Assembly: GCA_003614675.1 (NCBI GenBank) | Contig: ML002358.1 | Coordinates: 1 to 38,756, forward strand | Reading direction: 5' to 3' | Length of the DNA stretch: 38,756 nucleotides | Origin: Dimargaris cristalligena | Lineage: Eukaryota | Shown here: piece by piece, positions 12,417 through 24,599 of the stretch | Numbering within the stretch: position 1 is the stretch's first letter | Layout of the letters: every line of letters begins with the position of its first letter | Program-made: the position numbers and the translations under genes | The notes under the pieces: generated by a model | The model's input: only the letters and a program-made list of their open reading frames with translations | The model's database searches: none | Told to the model about the DNA's origin: nothing

Positions 12417-13259
12417 TTATTTCTTTTTCTGACCCTTTCGGGAAGGGCGAATAAAATACGGGTCAATATCCTGGCGGTACTTCTCCGTCCACGAAAGTAC
12501 CCATTTACGTTGCGGCGTGGGAATCGAATGCTTATGCTTCATATCGCTAGACGACATGGTAAAGAGCGTCTCCCAGTCCTGTACAGTTCGTTGTGTAAGT
12601 GGGTATGATTATGGTAAATTAGAAGGGTGCGTTAGAGCAGGGTTAGTAGGTTGGTAAATAGATTGGCGTTGGGGGGAGGGTACATGAGCAAGTAAGAGTG
12701 GATCGGTGTGATTAGTCACCGGTCCTTTTACTACAAAGGTTGTTGTGCACTTACCGGAATTTTCGCGGATAGCTTCTCGCAACCCCGGCCGATGGTTTCG
12801 AGGAATTTTTGGCTATCCATGCCATCTAGTATAAGGTATGATGAGGAAGGGATAATGGATGAAGTGATTGGAATTACGCTTAGTCGCTGTACTTTAGTTA
12901 TGTTCGACTAAACATCCCCAAACGTATATTTAAGGCTCAGGGCGAGTGTCTCGTTTGATACTATGCGTTTAATTTCGACCAGTCTAAGCCGGCTTGCGTG
13001 GGGGAAACTACAAGATAGAGAAAGTAAGCAGCCCGGGGCTGATTCGCCTAGCCAGACCAGAAAACGAAATACATATATATATATATACAATTCTAAGCAG
13101 CTTTCCACAATACACCGGGGCATTGGGATAAGTCTCGCACATCTCTTTCGACTTACTTCGGGCCTCGGGGACTGTTTTGGGGAGGATCTTGTTCAGAGGT
13201 CGTACATGGGACCGGAAAATGGTGGTGCCGGTAGTGGCTTTAGTAAACAAGTAGGCCAT
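12417..13259 (-). CDS. FYV4: Mitochondrial small-subunit ribosomal protein mS41/Fyv4 (IGR-motif protein), 111 aa, 3 exons
   Basis: Exons 13259-13157, 12825-12755, 12578-12417; both donors are GTAAGT, acceptors TAG and CAG, and the frame is preserved (336 nt). Product: MAYLFTKATTGTTIFRSHVRPLNKILPKTVPEARNGMDSQKFLETIGRGCEKLSAKIPDWETLFTMSSSDMKHKHSIPTPQRKWVLSWTEKYRQDIDPYFIRPSRKGQKKK. It has the FLxxIGRGC...WxxLF...RKxxLxWxEKYR pattern and a basic presequence-like N-terminus. Confidence 0.9.
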
Positions 13260-14269
13260 GATGGGGGGGAGGACTGGTGGTCGACAACAGTAGGTAACAA
13301 GGGAGCCGAACAACTAAAATGAAAATGCCCAATGTAAATGGGGGAGAGGGCAAATGGAGGAGAGACGCTGTCTACGGGGGGTAGAATCTTTAAGGATCTA
13401 AAAGGAAAGTTGGTTGAATGTTGGTAAAGCTTGATCTTTGGCTGATTCACCAAGCTAAGGCCATTGTGTGCCCTGCGGATTGGGAACTGACCCCCCTTCC
13501 TTACCTACCCGCTCCAATCCCATATACTATTTTAGCCCAGGACCATCACCAGGTCAATCAAATAATACCCATTGGAGGGGGACTTTCCTAGGCGGGTTTG
13601 GGATAGGCTATTGGCGAGGGAAGGGGTGTAGACACCAATACTAAATATAGTTTTTTAGGGTTTGGGCTCTTAGTTATTTTATCTACTACTCCATTTTTAA
13701 CATTTGTATTAATACATATGGGAGAGGTTCAACCGAGCTGTATACCGAAAAATCCGTTGGATGAAGCAAATAGTACTGGTTAAAAATAAATCTCCCATAC
13801 ATTATCCCATACAATTATCATTTAAAACCTTATACGGCTGGGCCGAACTTCACCCATATGGTTTGTTCGAAACTAAAGTATACCCAACACCCTTTCAACC
13901 AGTATATACCAGTTTTGTACTGTGCTGGAGCAAGTAAAGGCCTCCCCAGCACAAATAATAACGAGTCCATTTATGTCTTTTATTCTGGTATTATAAACAT
14001 AGTACCAACAAATGATGGTGCGATGGAATCTTTTAAGAGAACCCCAAGATCGGAGAAGCCATTATATAGACCACCGGGCCTAAAGAAAATAGAACGATGA
14101 TCCCAGTTAATGGTAAAATGCGAACAACAAGGTAAAATCGAGGAGGCGGAGACTGGCTAGTTTTGGTAGAAAATTATGAAAGGCAGCGATAGTAGTTCCC
14201 TTTTTAAGGGTGCCTCTGTCCCATCAATTTATAATATAGTTTATCCGTGCTTTTCTTCTCCAGCTTCTA

Positions 14270-17035
14270 TTAAAAGTCGAACTTGCCCTGGAAGGCGTCC
14301 AAGTCTTGGTGATCGCACGCGTTGATAAGGTCGGGCTGGTCCAAAATCTGCATAGTCATTTTCAGGGTATTCCACAAATTAGAGGATATCCGATTATGTA
14401 GCAATCCCCCACCACCACTCACCGCTGGTTCCTTCCCTTTCCCATCTAATTCCCCCTCTCCTCCCTTCGTCGCCCGGGTTTGGAGGGCCAGCGCTCCCAA
14501 CAAGTGCTCGGCCGCTTCCCGGTGCAGGCCCAAATTGATGCTGCTGATGGCCAGATTATACCGGGCCCGGATGTACGAGGGGTTCAGTTCAAGGGCCGTA
14601 AAGTACGCGTCCATGGCCCGTTGGGGTTGCCGCGCATTGGCTAGGGTGGCCCCCAGTTTGTTCCATAGCATGTATTCCTGGGGCCGCAGGTTCAGGGCGG
14701 TTTGGAAACAGTCGGTGGCCTTGTCGTAGTCTTCGGCAATGTGGAAGAGGACCCCTAGGGCGATTTGAACTTCGGCATCGGCATCCCGGTGGGAAGCCGA
14801 GGAATGGCGGGCGGCTTCTAAAAAGACGTTCTCGATGGACTGGTGCCGACTACTTCCGTCGTTGTTATTTAGGAATTGGCGGTATTCAGGATGGGTCTCG
14901 ATCCAGGATTGCAGGGCGTCGTAGGCGTCTACCCGGCAGTTCTCGTTCGTAAAAGAGACAGCCAGGTCAATCCAGGCGTTGTTCAATTCGGTCGGGTTCA
15001 GTTCTACCGCCTTGCGGAGGGATGCGATAGCCAAGCCGTCCTGTTCATTCTCCTGTTGCCGGACTCCAAGCTGGTACCAGGCCCGGGCGTCCTGTGGATT
15101 GCGCTGCACGCGGGCCTCAAGGGCTAGGACGGCTTCGGACAGGTCCAATTGGCGAATCTGCTCGTCGGTTAGACTGGGAGCGCTGGCCCGGAGGTATGGG
15201 TTGACGTCGGCGTCGTGGAAGTCGTAGTTCTGGTACGCTTCGGGGTCGGCCCGATATCCCGAACCTACTTCCGTCGCGCCCCGGCCGGCGGATGAGGATG
15301 CCTCCTGGCCGTGTTCGGTCCAGGCCTTGGCCATGGCGTCCCACTCGAGGTCCGATGGCTCATTCGATAAGTGGGCCGTATTCTTACGGTACTCGTGGAC
15401 CCAGTCTTCCATGGAACGGCTGTTGCTGAAGGCCTCCTCAAGTTCCCGGAATTCTTCGTCGCCGGCAAATTGGTTGGCCCAGTTGGACTGGTCGGCCGAC
15501 TCACCCGGGGCGGCTTTGCCATCGAATTCTTCCGCCCACTGGCTTTCCAGACCCTTGGCAAATTCCTGGGACCACATGTTGCCCGCATCCAGACCGGTTT
15601 TCGTGGTATCCTCGGCGATGCGCGCGTCCATGCGTTTTTCGAATTCGTCGGCCCAGGTTGCCGCCCGTTGGGGGCCCGACGCGGTATCGGTGCCCTCGTG
15701 AGCCGCGAATTCCCGGGCCCAGGAGTCCCCGGTGGCCTGATGGACCACCGAATCGGCACCTAGAGTAGCTTCACGGTCGCGGAGCTTTTTCATGAGGGCC
15801 AGAAAATTGGAATTTTGGTCTTCCGTTTGGTCGGCATGAAGTTTAACAGAGTCCAGCAGTTGCCCGGCGACCTCAGCGATCGCCTGTTGCTCAGCCAGAT
15901 CAGTCGCCGTAGTGACGGTAGTAGTAGCAGTATTGGAATCAGGGATGTTAGAGGCGGCAAGAAGGGGGGTCTGGGAAGTACTAACCTCACTGGCGGCCTG
16001 GAATTGGGTGGACCAGTCCTGTTCGGATAGGCACTCGCCACCGGCGGCGTGCTGGGCGTGGTTGAAGGCCTGGTCGAACGCAGCCAAAGTCTCGGCATCC
16101 AGGGGCTTCCCTTGCTCCGCAAACGCATGTGGACCCCCGACTTGCTGTTGGTGGGTGGAAGCCGGGCCAGCCTGGAACTGGGAAAATTGGTGGGCCCAGT
16201 CGGCATTGGGGCCGGCGGGGTGCATCATCGGCTGGGACGAAGGGTGGAGCATAGGATGGGGGCCACCGGCGGCTATGGATCGGTGGTGGGACTGGAATAT
16301 TTCCTCAAATCCGTCGGCCGACTGGGGCGGCGGTTGGTGGTGGTGGTGGGGGTGCTGCAGGACGAAATCAGCGGCCCAGTCTCCGCCGGCCATGAGTGCG
16401 CCAACGGGTAGGTCGGGCAGCAGGTCGAGTTCGTGCTGCATCGGGCCGAAGTGGAACGGGTCCGCCGCTGGACCGGCGGGTCGGTTGGCCATAAACGATT
16501 CATCGCCCATCATGGGTTGTTTGCCGTGGGCGGAGCGGAAGGCGTGTTTGCCCGACATGGGCCCAGCCTCCATGGCCTGGTGCCGATCCTATTTTATTTT
16601 ATGGACAGGATCAATCGGGGATATCGGGTCAAGGTGGAGTCATCAATTGACAGGTATATGCAAGTATCGAATAATGGTAAGAGGGGGAAATGATAGACAG
16701 TGGGTTAGAGCTGGAGATTCTTCGGGCGGTGGTGAGTCAACGGTTAGCGGGATTGTTTGGGGACAGTCGGCAACGGAAAGGGAGAAGCCCGTTAAAATGG
16801 TTTTAAGTGAGGACAGTTAACCTGACCGCTCGCTGCCACCGTTTGCAAATGTAGTGGGACCGGTGGTGTGGGTCGCATTCCTATTAAACAGTTAGTTTCC
16901 GGGTCGCTTACGGTAGCCCAACTTGCTTACCTTTTCCAAAGACCGGTCTTTCTGAAAGTGCTTCATGACACCGGCCATGGGGTTGCTGGTGGAGCACTCG
17001 GCCCCGCCTGAGACTAAATCCTGTAGACCCGACAT
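14270..17035 (-). CDS. PEX5: Peroxisomal PTS1 receptor Pex5, 807 aa, 2 exons
   Basis: Exon 1 (17035-16931) encodes MSGLQDLVSGGAECSTSNPM..., with the conserved ubiquitinated Cys. Intron 16930-16589 is GTAAGC...TAG; exon 2 is 16588-14270. Nine WxxxF/Y motifs and a C-terminal TPR domain (EAVLALEA, LWNKLGATLAN, YIRARYNLAISSINLG). Confidence 0.95.
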
Positions 17036-19182
17036 GGACTAATACTAGGGCCACTCGAATGGGGGGGGGCTGGCGTTGGTAAGTAAGGCAGGAAGGGTAC
17101 TATTGCTCTATATATATTACGGAAGGATGTATGCCGAGGCACGTCTGGGCATAATGTAATAGCAGTCCTGTTTGACAACGGGGTTTCGGGACAGTGGAAT
17201 GGGCCCGAGAAGAATGCAACAAGAAACGAAGTAGGAGGACTTGAAAAGAGGTAGGGGTTAAGAAATGCTAAGATACAAAAGAAAGAGTCTCTCCATTACA
17301 GGGAAAGGTATAGTAGACTCGGCGCAGTCCCTGCTAGTGAAAGTAAGGCGGTCTTAAATATGAGTTTGGCCCAACCACTCAGAAGACTGTGTGCTGTTCA
17401 CACCACCTGTTGTGTGCCTCCCGGATTCCTTTTCCCACGTAACTCCCTCTTCTTTGACTATATTATTCACCTCATCACAAGCCAGTTTACCTGGTCGGAC
17501 ATAACGGTGAGCTTGGTGGTGTTGGGTGTGTATGCGTAGTATACATTGGCCGACTGTGTATTATCGCATACTATTCCTTCCCTCCTTTACCTTCCGTGTG
17601 CCTCGAGCCGTCTAGCTAATACTGCTACTGCTTCGGTAATCACATGGTCCGGTGGTAACGGGCTGCATAGCGAGTGAGTGGTTGGACGGTTCGGCACTTG
17701 GCCGGCTGGCCCAATCGGTGCCCGTCAAACTATCGAATACATATTGGCAGCCAGAGTATTACTATGGGACTAAATCACGTGTACCTTCAATACTGGTATG
17801 CTATATAGTCCCTATCAGAATGTAGCGTATGTGATTGCCTCCCTCAGTGCCTGGAATAGTCAGCTTGGTGCATATCTGATTAGTCGTCCATAGAAGCGAG
17901 AGGGTGGAGAGGCACATATCCCAGCCCAATTTCCCCCTTTGGAAGTCGGCTTCACCAGTACTGCAACCTCTATTTTGACTAGATTCATTCGTTTAACCAG
18001 TGCCGTGCATAACTACTGTTCTGAGAAGCGCGACTTCTATTGACTATCCAATGTATTCTCGCTATTCAATTCCGGACTACCCCCCCCCCCATTCGACGGC
18101 CCTTGGATATTGGCATCCCTTGAATATCAGTCATTTCACCTTAGGGATAAAGTCGGAGGTGCCAAGGGCATTACGAAGGGATTGAGGATAGTCGTAACGG
18201 TTTTGTAGCTTATCCAAGTAAGACGGCGTATATACACCTATGCCATCCACCTCCATCGCCCCTATTTGCCAAGTCTACCCCACATTGCATATCACCCTCA
18301 AGAGCAGTGACATTTAGATTACGTGGAGTTTCGGTGTTTGTACTGGAAGGATATTGTCTAGTTAATTCATATTATTATTAGTAGCCTATTGCATTCGTTA
18401 AAGGGATTAGATACTGCCTTGAATCGGCCTGAAATATTATATTCGGATATCATTCATAGGAGGCGCTGAATAATAAGCGAAATCCATTCGATATTTTGGC
18501 CCACTCGTATGTCGGATCTTACATGTCTTAAGCATCCGCTATCCATTATAGTCCAGCCGTCATTACGCAATCAAGGTTTATGCTCATGGCGCGGTACCGT
18601 TTCCCTTATATAGTAAAACCCGCCAATATAGCTAGAGGCATTCTCCACTTATCCTGACTAGGCATTTACGACCTGGTATCGCAATATTTAAGTATGTAAG
18701 GCTTCTCCCTCCCATTCTTGATGGCCATATGGAAGTGATTCAGCTCAGTTACAAATTAAAATGTGCATTAAATAACGTGGGATTTGTCTATTAAATGCGA
18801 CTCTACTACCTACTAGACCCCTTAGATTTGTCTCAAATTCTGTTCAGCTGTATTGATTATCACACTAGTATTAGATGTGCGAGATTAAAGACCGCTGGGG
18901 GATTCACAACTACTGCGCCAATCATAATCCCCTAATGACTTAGTTTAGCTCCGCCTTTGGGATAATGACACTTCCTCAGCGTCCAAAGGTTCTCCTCATT
19001 CCATTTACCCTGGCCAGGCTGGATTCCTCCAATACTCTGTCTACTCAATACCATTAAAGGCCATTTACCTATCCACGCTCTACTTCTTTTGGTTTTTTTT
19101 TTGGCGTCCCTCGTTTTATTTCATAACCAACCGTGCTTCTTTGAACACTCTCCTCAGTCCTTCCGAATTCCCAAGCAGCATC

Positions 19183-22100
19183 ATGTTTAAACGTCCATTC
19201 TCCCTGAAAAGCCAGTCCAAAGTCCGCTCCTCGGATAAGCGGCAAACCTGGCAAGAAATCGTGAGCTCCTACGGCAAACAATGGGCAGTAGAGGCCTGTG
19301 CCCCTGCTGCTACAGAAGATCCCTCCGCTCCAACCACTCTGGCAACTACCGATGCCAATGCCAATTCCCTGGGTACCACCACCACCACCTCCTCCTCCGA
19401 TCCGAAATTGGCGGAACAGCCTCTGGCTGATGCATTAGCTCAGCTGGAGGTGGATAATGAACCCAGCCAGAGTCAGCTCATGGACTGGGCCCTATCGAAG
19501 GACCTCGAGGCCGCTAGGTTCCTGACCCACATTGACGAAAAGGGCGTACTCTATAGTAGCGGTGATCGCAATCAACCCCTGTGGTTCCGCACCACTTTGC
19601 CCGGGTCCCCGAGCAGCTCCAGCACGGTCATTCCGACGGTATACACCCTGTGGAAATCTCCCGATTTATTGCCCGTGTTTTATACGCATTCGCCGGTGTT
19701 GGAGGTCCTCATCTCAGGTGCAGGTATGTAGTTCGGGCGACCGCGCCCATTAAGGTGATGCTTATATTAATGATTCACTCGACATACCAGGCCTTGATTA
19801 TTTGGATAAATGATATAGGTTATTTGACATGGCCCATGAAAGGTTCTATCCTTCGCTAGACTACCAGCTACTCAATCGGGCGTATTGCCTTGCAACCCTT
19901 ATATCCCATTTCCTTTAGATCTAATGCTTCCGGGGTTGATTCGTCCGGCTGAGGGGCTTCCCGAGGTGAAGAGTGGCCAACTTGTGGCTATTGCGGTGGC
20001 CGATTTTGGGTAACTACGCATATCATTTTTTTTAAAAATAGAAAACTATTGGTTGGTATTCCTAATCGTGTATGTGACGTAGTCACTGTTCTTCCTTTGA
20101 TCTGCCAGCCAAGGCCATGGCGTCTCAAACAGCATAGCATAGTATGCCCTGGCACTTACTATTATATGCCAATGGCAACAACCCTATTCTTTCATAATCC
20201 TGTTTATTTCCCCTAGTGCCCCCGTAGCCGTGGGCTACATGGCTCTGTCCTCTTCAGAAATCGCGGCCAACCGGGCTGCGAAGGGTAAGGCTATTTATAT
20301 CCTCCATACTTACAAGGACTACCTCTGGCAACAGGGTGACAAGTCGGAACCACCCCCACCATCTGCTGCCACCAACTCGTCCCAGCGAGGGGTTGGTGAC
20401 TCCACCCAACCATCGAATACCGCAGCCTCCGCCACCGCCGAGAGCCACCAACCCGAAGCGGAAACCACGCCCGGTAAACAGGCCCCCATTGCGGCACCGA
20501 TCAGCCCCGCTGAGATGGATGAGCTGCTCCACCAATGCCTACTCCAAACCCTCAAAACCGACCTCACCGCCGAGGTGCTGGCGCCCCTTCTCCCACTGTC
20601 CATTTCGACCTTGTATTCCGCCCACATGACCCCCTGTCAGCAAGCCCAGCGGCCCCTGGACGTCAAGAAATCCACCTACAAGAAATTGGGCAAATTCTTC
20701 AAGACGATGGATAAACGGGGTCTCGTAAAAGTCAAGGAAATTAAAGGCGGGGATACGATCTTGTTAAGCGTTAACCGTCAGTTTAAGGACCTGGTGGCCT
20801 TTGAACCCCTGCGCAAATCTAAACTGGTCGGGTCGACCGGAGGGGCTTCGGCATCGGCGTCGGCTTCCCACCCAACAGCCGACGGTAAGAAGCCGGCTGC
20901 CCCAGGTGATAAATCCCCGGCGGATGGTGGTCATGGCGACTTTATTACCCTAGTAGACGTGTTTCGGCCCCGGACGGCTCTGGTGAAGTTTTTCGCCCAA
21001 ATCGGTCAAAGGTAAGCGATGTCAAATTAGCTGGAATGCTTATATTCAGTCCCGGCTAACTTGGTGTGCGTCATTGTTATATTGATGACAGTGAGCTGCG
21101 ATTCTCTGATGCTTGGTCATTGGAGTGCTTTGATGTACCTTTTAGGAGGAGTGCTTGTTTTATAGTGGCTCGGTATATGCAAAACATAGTATATTGAATG
21201 GGTGTGATCGTACTAGCTAGTTTAATGGGACGGCTATCCTTCTCTTTTTACATTAATCTTCTTTACCAACTTATTCCTCCCTCCTCAAATCTCAGTCCTC
21301 AAAATTACTATGCTCGGTCTGAGCTTCGCCGGGTGATTACTGACTACACCACCAAAGCCGGATTAAAAGATCCGAAACAGCCCAAGTAAGTATTCATTAT
21401 ATTGTTTTTAATAGTGAAATTGGATGGGGGCCACTCACTTAATATAGCGAAGCCATTGGCTACCCTGCCCAACCGCGGACATGTTGGCGATGGCGCCCGG
21501 GATGCTAGGCAGGTTCCTACCCTTTCCCCTACGATATATTTTCCATCGACTACGGCTAAGCACCACGGTTAACCGGCTCTAATCTGTGATCAGAGATTCG
21601 TTAACAGGGACTGTACTGTCCATTCGAGATTAAATCGCCCTTCTAAATATTCCATACCAATTTCAACTGACTAAAACATTGTATTTCTCCTTTTTTTGAT
21701 TGGTATTTACTTTACTCCCCGAACAAGGTACCTACACCCCAATGAGGAATTCGCCGGCCTCATTTTAAAGGCCAACGAATGGGCTAGACCACCTCAGCTG
21801 ACTCATTTGGATGCTTTTGAACGGTAAGCTTGATATCACCAGTAATGTAGGCGACTTTCCCTAGCGAATATATCGCTCTACCTTTTGCAGCTCCATTGAT
21901 AACTCATTGCCATATACTCTCTTATATATGCGATTTTTTTTTTCGTGGCGATGCAATTCATCCAATGATTAGGGTACTCGGGGAAACCGAGCTGTGCCAC
22001 CAAGTCACTTTTCCAGATGGATCCGTGGAATATCGGTAAGTCACATCGTCAAAGCCTACAATGCTCCGCCTTTGTTTCGACCTCTATGATCAGAGATTAG

Positions 22101-22950
22101 CTTAGTGATACGCCCACTTGGCCTATATATTTTCAATTATCCTACGATTGGTCCAAGAATAGCATGCGGTCGTTCTAGGCGTGCGTAAAGGGACCCCACA
22201 AATGGCCCCATACTGATAGATTTTGTATGCCGATATCTACCAATGGGTAATTTGGTATGTTCATGTGGATTTACCCAATGTACTGTCCTTTTTTAACAGA
22301 AAGGGCAAACCAGCCAGAGTCACTGTGTCCATGGAGAAAAAAATGGGCCGTAAGGTAGTCACCAAACTGACGGGCCATGAGAACTACCGAGTGAACACGG
22401 AGCCCTTCGCCAAGCTGCTTCAGCATGCCTGCGCGGCTAGCGTAACAGGTAAGTGTACCGGCGTAAGGGGCGCAGGTTGAGAACATTGGCATCTACTTTG
22501 CCCATGGAGTATATCATTCTAGCCGACAATAGCCCTCTTTGGGTTACTTTAAATAGACTACGCTCTTAGTAATAACAAGAAGGGTTAATGCGATATCTGA
22601 AGCACACCTAGGGAGGCATCGGTCGGTCTTTTGGCCGAGATTGTAGACTTGGTAGAAAAGAGGGCGAGAGAGATAAGTGGCGCTTCGGCGGTTATTCTGG
22701 GTATACGTGCGGCTTCACTACGCGTGCTTTGAAATGTATGGACCTTTTTATTAAAAAATATTGGCTGTAACATGATTCACACTGACATACGTTCTTCCTA
22801 CCAGTCCACGAATTACCTACGAAATCGAAAACCCAAGTCTTCCACGAAATCCTAGCCCAAGGGCACCAGGAGAAGAACGTCATCGCTCTTTTAGAAAAGG
22901 AAAATATTCCCCGCTCACTTATTGATGTGGTCGACAAGACTAAAAAATAA
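19183..22950 (+). CDS. EIF2D: Eukaryotic translation initiation factor 2D (ligatin/Tma64), 656 aa, 8 exons
   Basis: Exons 19183-19723, 19919-20009, 20217-21011, 21296-21385, 21728-21823, 21973-22035, 22300-22448, 22805-22950; all introns GT-AG, 1971 nt in frame. N-terminus MFKRPFSLKSQSKVRSSDKR, PTVYTLW, PUA motif GADLMLPG, KGKAIYILHTYKDYLW, DVKKSTYKKLGKF, and SUI1 domain GRKVVT...CAASVT...EILAQG. Confidence 0.92.
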
Positions 22951-23432
22951 GAGCTCGGTTGAGATGGCCATCGAAGGGAGAGACTGTGCATCGTATTCCC
23001 TCTCCCCCACCCCGTATTCACTGAACATGTCGGTGTGAAACACACGGACCATCTTGCCCATTGGGGTGATGATTTCACGATCAACTCTGTCATATATGTC
23101 TAAGGCCCTAATCGCTGAATTGAAGATTACGGTTTATTTTAATCGAATGTGCCAGAATGTAGCAAGGATTCAGAAAGTAGCCGTATACGACTGATGTCAT
23201 TATGTGATTGTGGTAAAGGATAATAGAATTGAATATTTTATAGACGGGAATGTCAAGGTAAAGTATATAAATGCCAATCATAAAATAATACTCAGAAAAC
23301 AGCTGTTTAAGGTTTTGAGAGTTGGATAAGAAATACATTTGGAGGGGGGGAGGTACACACGGAAAAAAGGATATGGAAATCTATATAGAGAGGGAGTGGG
23401 GGGAGGTTATACATGTTTTACGAACAAGGGCT

Positions 23433-24599
23433 CTATTGTTTGTCGGAGCAGGGAAGTAGCGGCGCCTTTTGGCCGGAGAGTAGGCGAGAGGCGCGGGTCC
23501 GACGGTTGTAAGCCCGGCAGATAAAATAGGCCAGACCAAGCAGGGAGATGCAAGCCACAGCCATAGCCAAGCTGATCGGGTTGGAGGGAGTGTCCAACCA
23601 CCGAACGATGGCCTGCGAAACACGCGGGAAAGTGAAGCCAGCGTTACCCCCGCCGAAGAAGGAGGTTTTACTAAGGATACCTGTCGGCCGGGTAAACTTG
23701 CGGAAGGCCAGGACCATGGGCTCCTCAGCAGCCTGAATTCGGTGCGAGGGTGCGTTGGCCAACAATTTAGCGGACGAAGGGGCTACGAGGAGGGGTGTAG
23801 CCAACGGCCGGGTGGTGAGGCCAATGGCCCATTGGTAATAGCGCCCTTGGCAGCCCCGAACTAACCGACCGTCGAGGGAGTCCATCAGACGGAGATAGGG
23901 TTTGATGCTGTCGGTGAAAAATTCACCCAGCATGGTGTGCGGAAGGGCAGCTGGGGAGGAGGAGGAGGAGGTAGAAGAGGAAGAGGCTACCTTTGCGCCC
24001 ATTTCCGCGATTTCTTGGGTGACCCGGACCAGTGCTGGTGTATCAATGTCAATCCGACTAATAGCCAATCCATCGAGAAGTTGGTTGGTCTCGTCGAGGA
24101 TGCTTTGGCGCTGTTGGGTCAGCGAAGTGGCGGCAGAAGTGGCCTTATTCCAGGCCGCCGAGGTCTGTCGACTAGCTCCCGCGAGCGTTGTCACCGTCCG
24201 GACTACCTGGGAGTTGGCGACGGCGAAGGTGAATGGGGAGGATCCCGGCCGGGTGGCGGATGAAGAAGAGGAGGAGGCGGAGTCCACGACCAGGGAACCG
24301 TCGGACTGTACCTCTAGGTGGGTTTGTAGAATAGTGAGCCGCGAAGCCAACCAGGACGGGGCCAACGATGCGGAATAGTGGTTGGAGGAGGCGGGTATCC
24401 GGCAACCGGCTTCGGCGGTATCGGACAGATGGATATGTTGGGTCCATTGGACGGTCAGTTGGTAGCGGGCGGAGGGACCCGTCGACAGGAGCGGGTTGAT
24501 GTCCGTGCGGACATTGGGGATAATGGTCAAGTAGGCGGCCTGAGTTGAGTGGCCCAGGGCGAAAAAACCGGCCAAAAATGCAATGATATTAAGCTGCAT
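23433..24599 (-). CDS. Uncharacterised type I membrane protein, 388 aa (signal peptide plus C-terminal TM helix)
   Basis: Intronless ORF with CACCACT before the ATG. Signal peptide MQLNIIAFLAGFFALGHSTQA, hydrophobic ISLAMAVACISLLGLAYFIC followed by basic RAYNRRTRASR. No family recognised. Confidence 0.8.
   Translation of the reverse strand: MQLNIIAFLAGFFALGHSTQAAYLTIIPNVRTDINPLLSTGPSARYQLTVQWTQHIHLSDTAEAGCRIPASSNHYSASLAPSWLASRLTILQTHLEVQSDGSLVVDSASSSSSSATRPGSSPFTFAVANSQVVRTVTTLAGASRQTSAAWNKATSAATSLTQQRQSILDETNQLLDGLAISRIDIDTPALVRVTQEIAEMGAKVASSSSTSSSSSPAALPHTMLGEFFTDSIKPYLRLMDSLDGRLVRGCQGRYYQWAIGLTTRPLATPLLVAPSSAKLLANAPSHRIQAAEEPMVLAFRKFTRPTGILSKTSFFGGGNAGFTFPRVSQAIVRWLDTPSNPISLAMAVACISLLGLAYFICRAYNRRTRASRLLSGQKAPLLPCSDKQ

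Noticed and set aside
12719..12740. CCTTTTACTA resembling U5 snRNA loop 1
   Set aside because: It lacks the full GCCUUUUAC context, closing stem and Sm site, and lies antisense within a FYV4 intron.
14322..16820. Long antisense ORFs over PEX5 (e.g. 15912..16820, 302 aa), and similar ones over the kinase and trypsin
   Set aside because: These are shadow ORFs caused by GC3-rich codon usage, with no protein motifs.
17360..17539. 59-codon ATG ORF with a possible GTGAGC donor in the PEX5-eIF2D intergenic region
   Set aside because: No recognisable product, and the obvious splice runs into a stop within a few codons.
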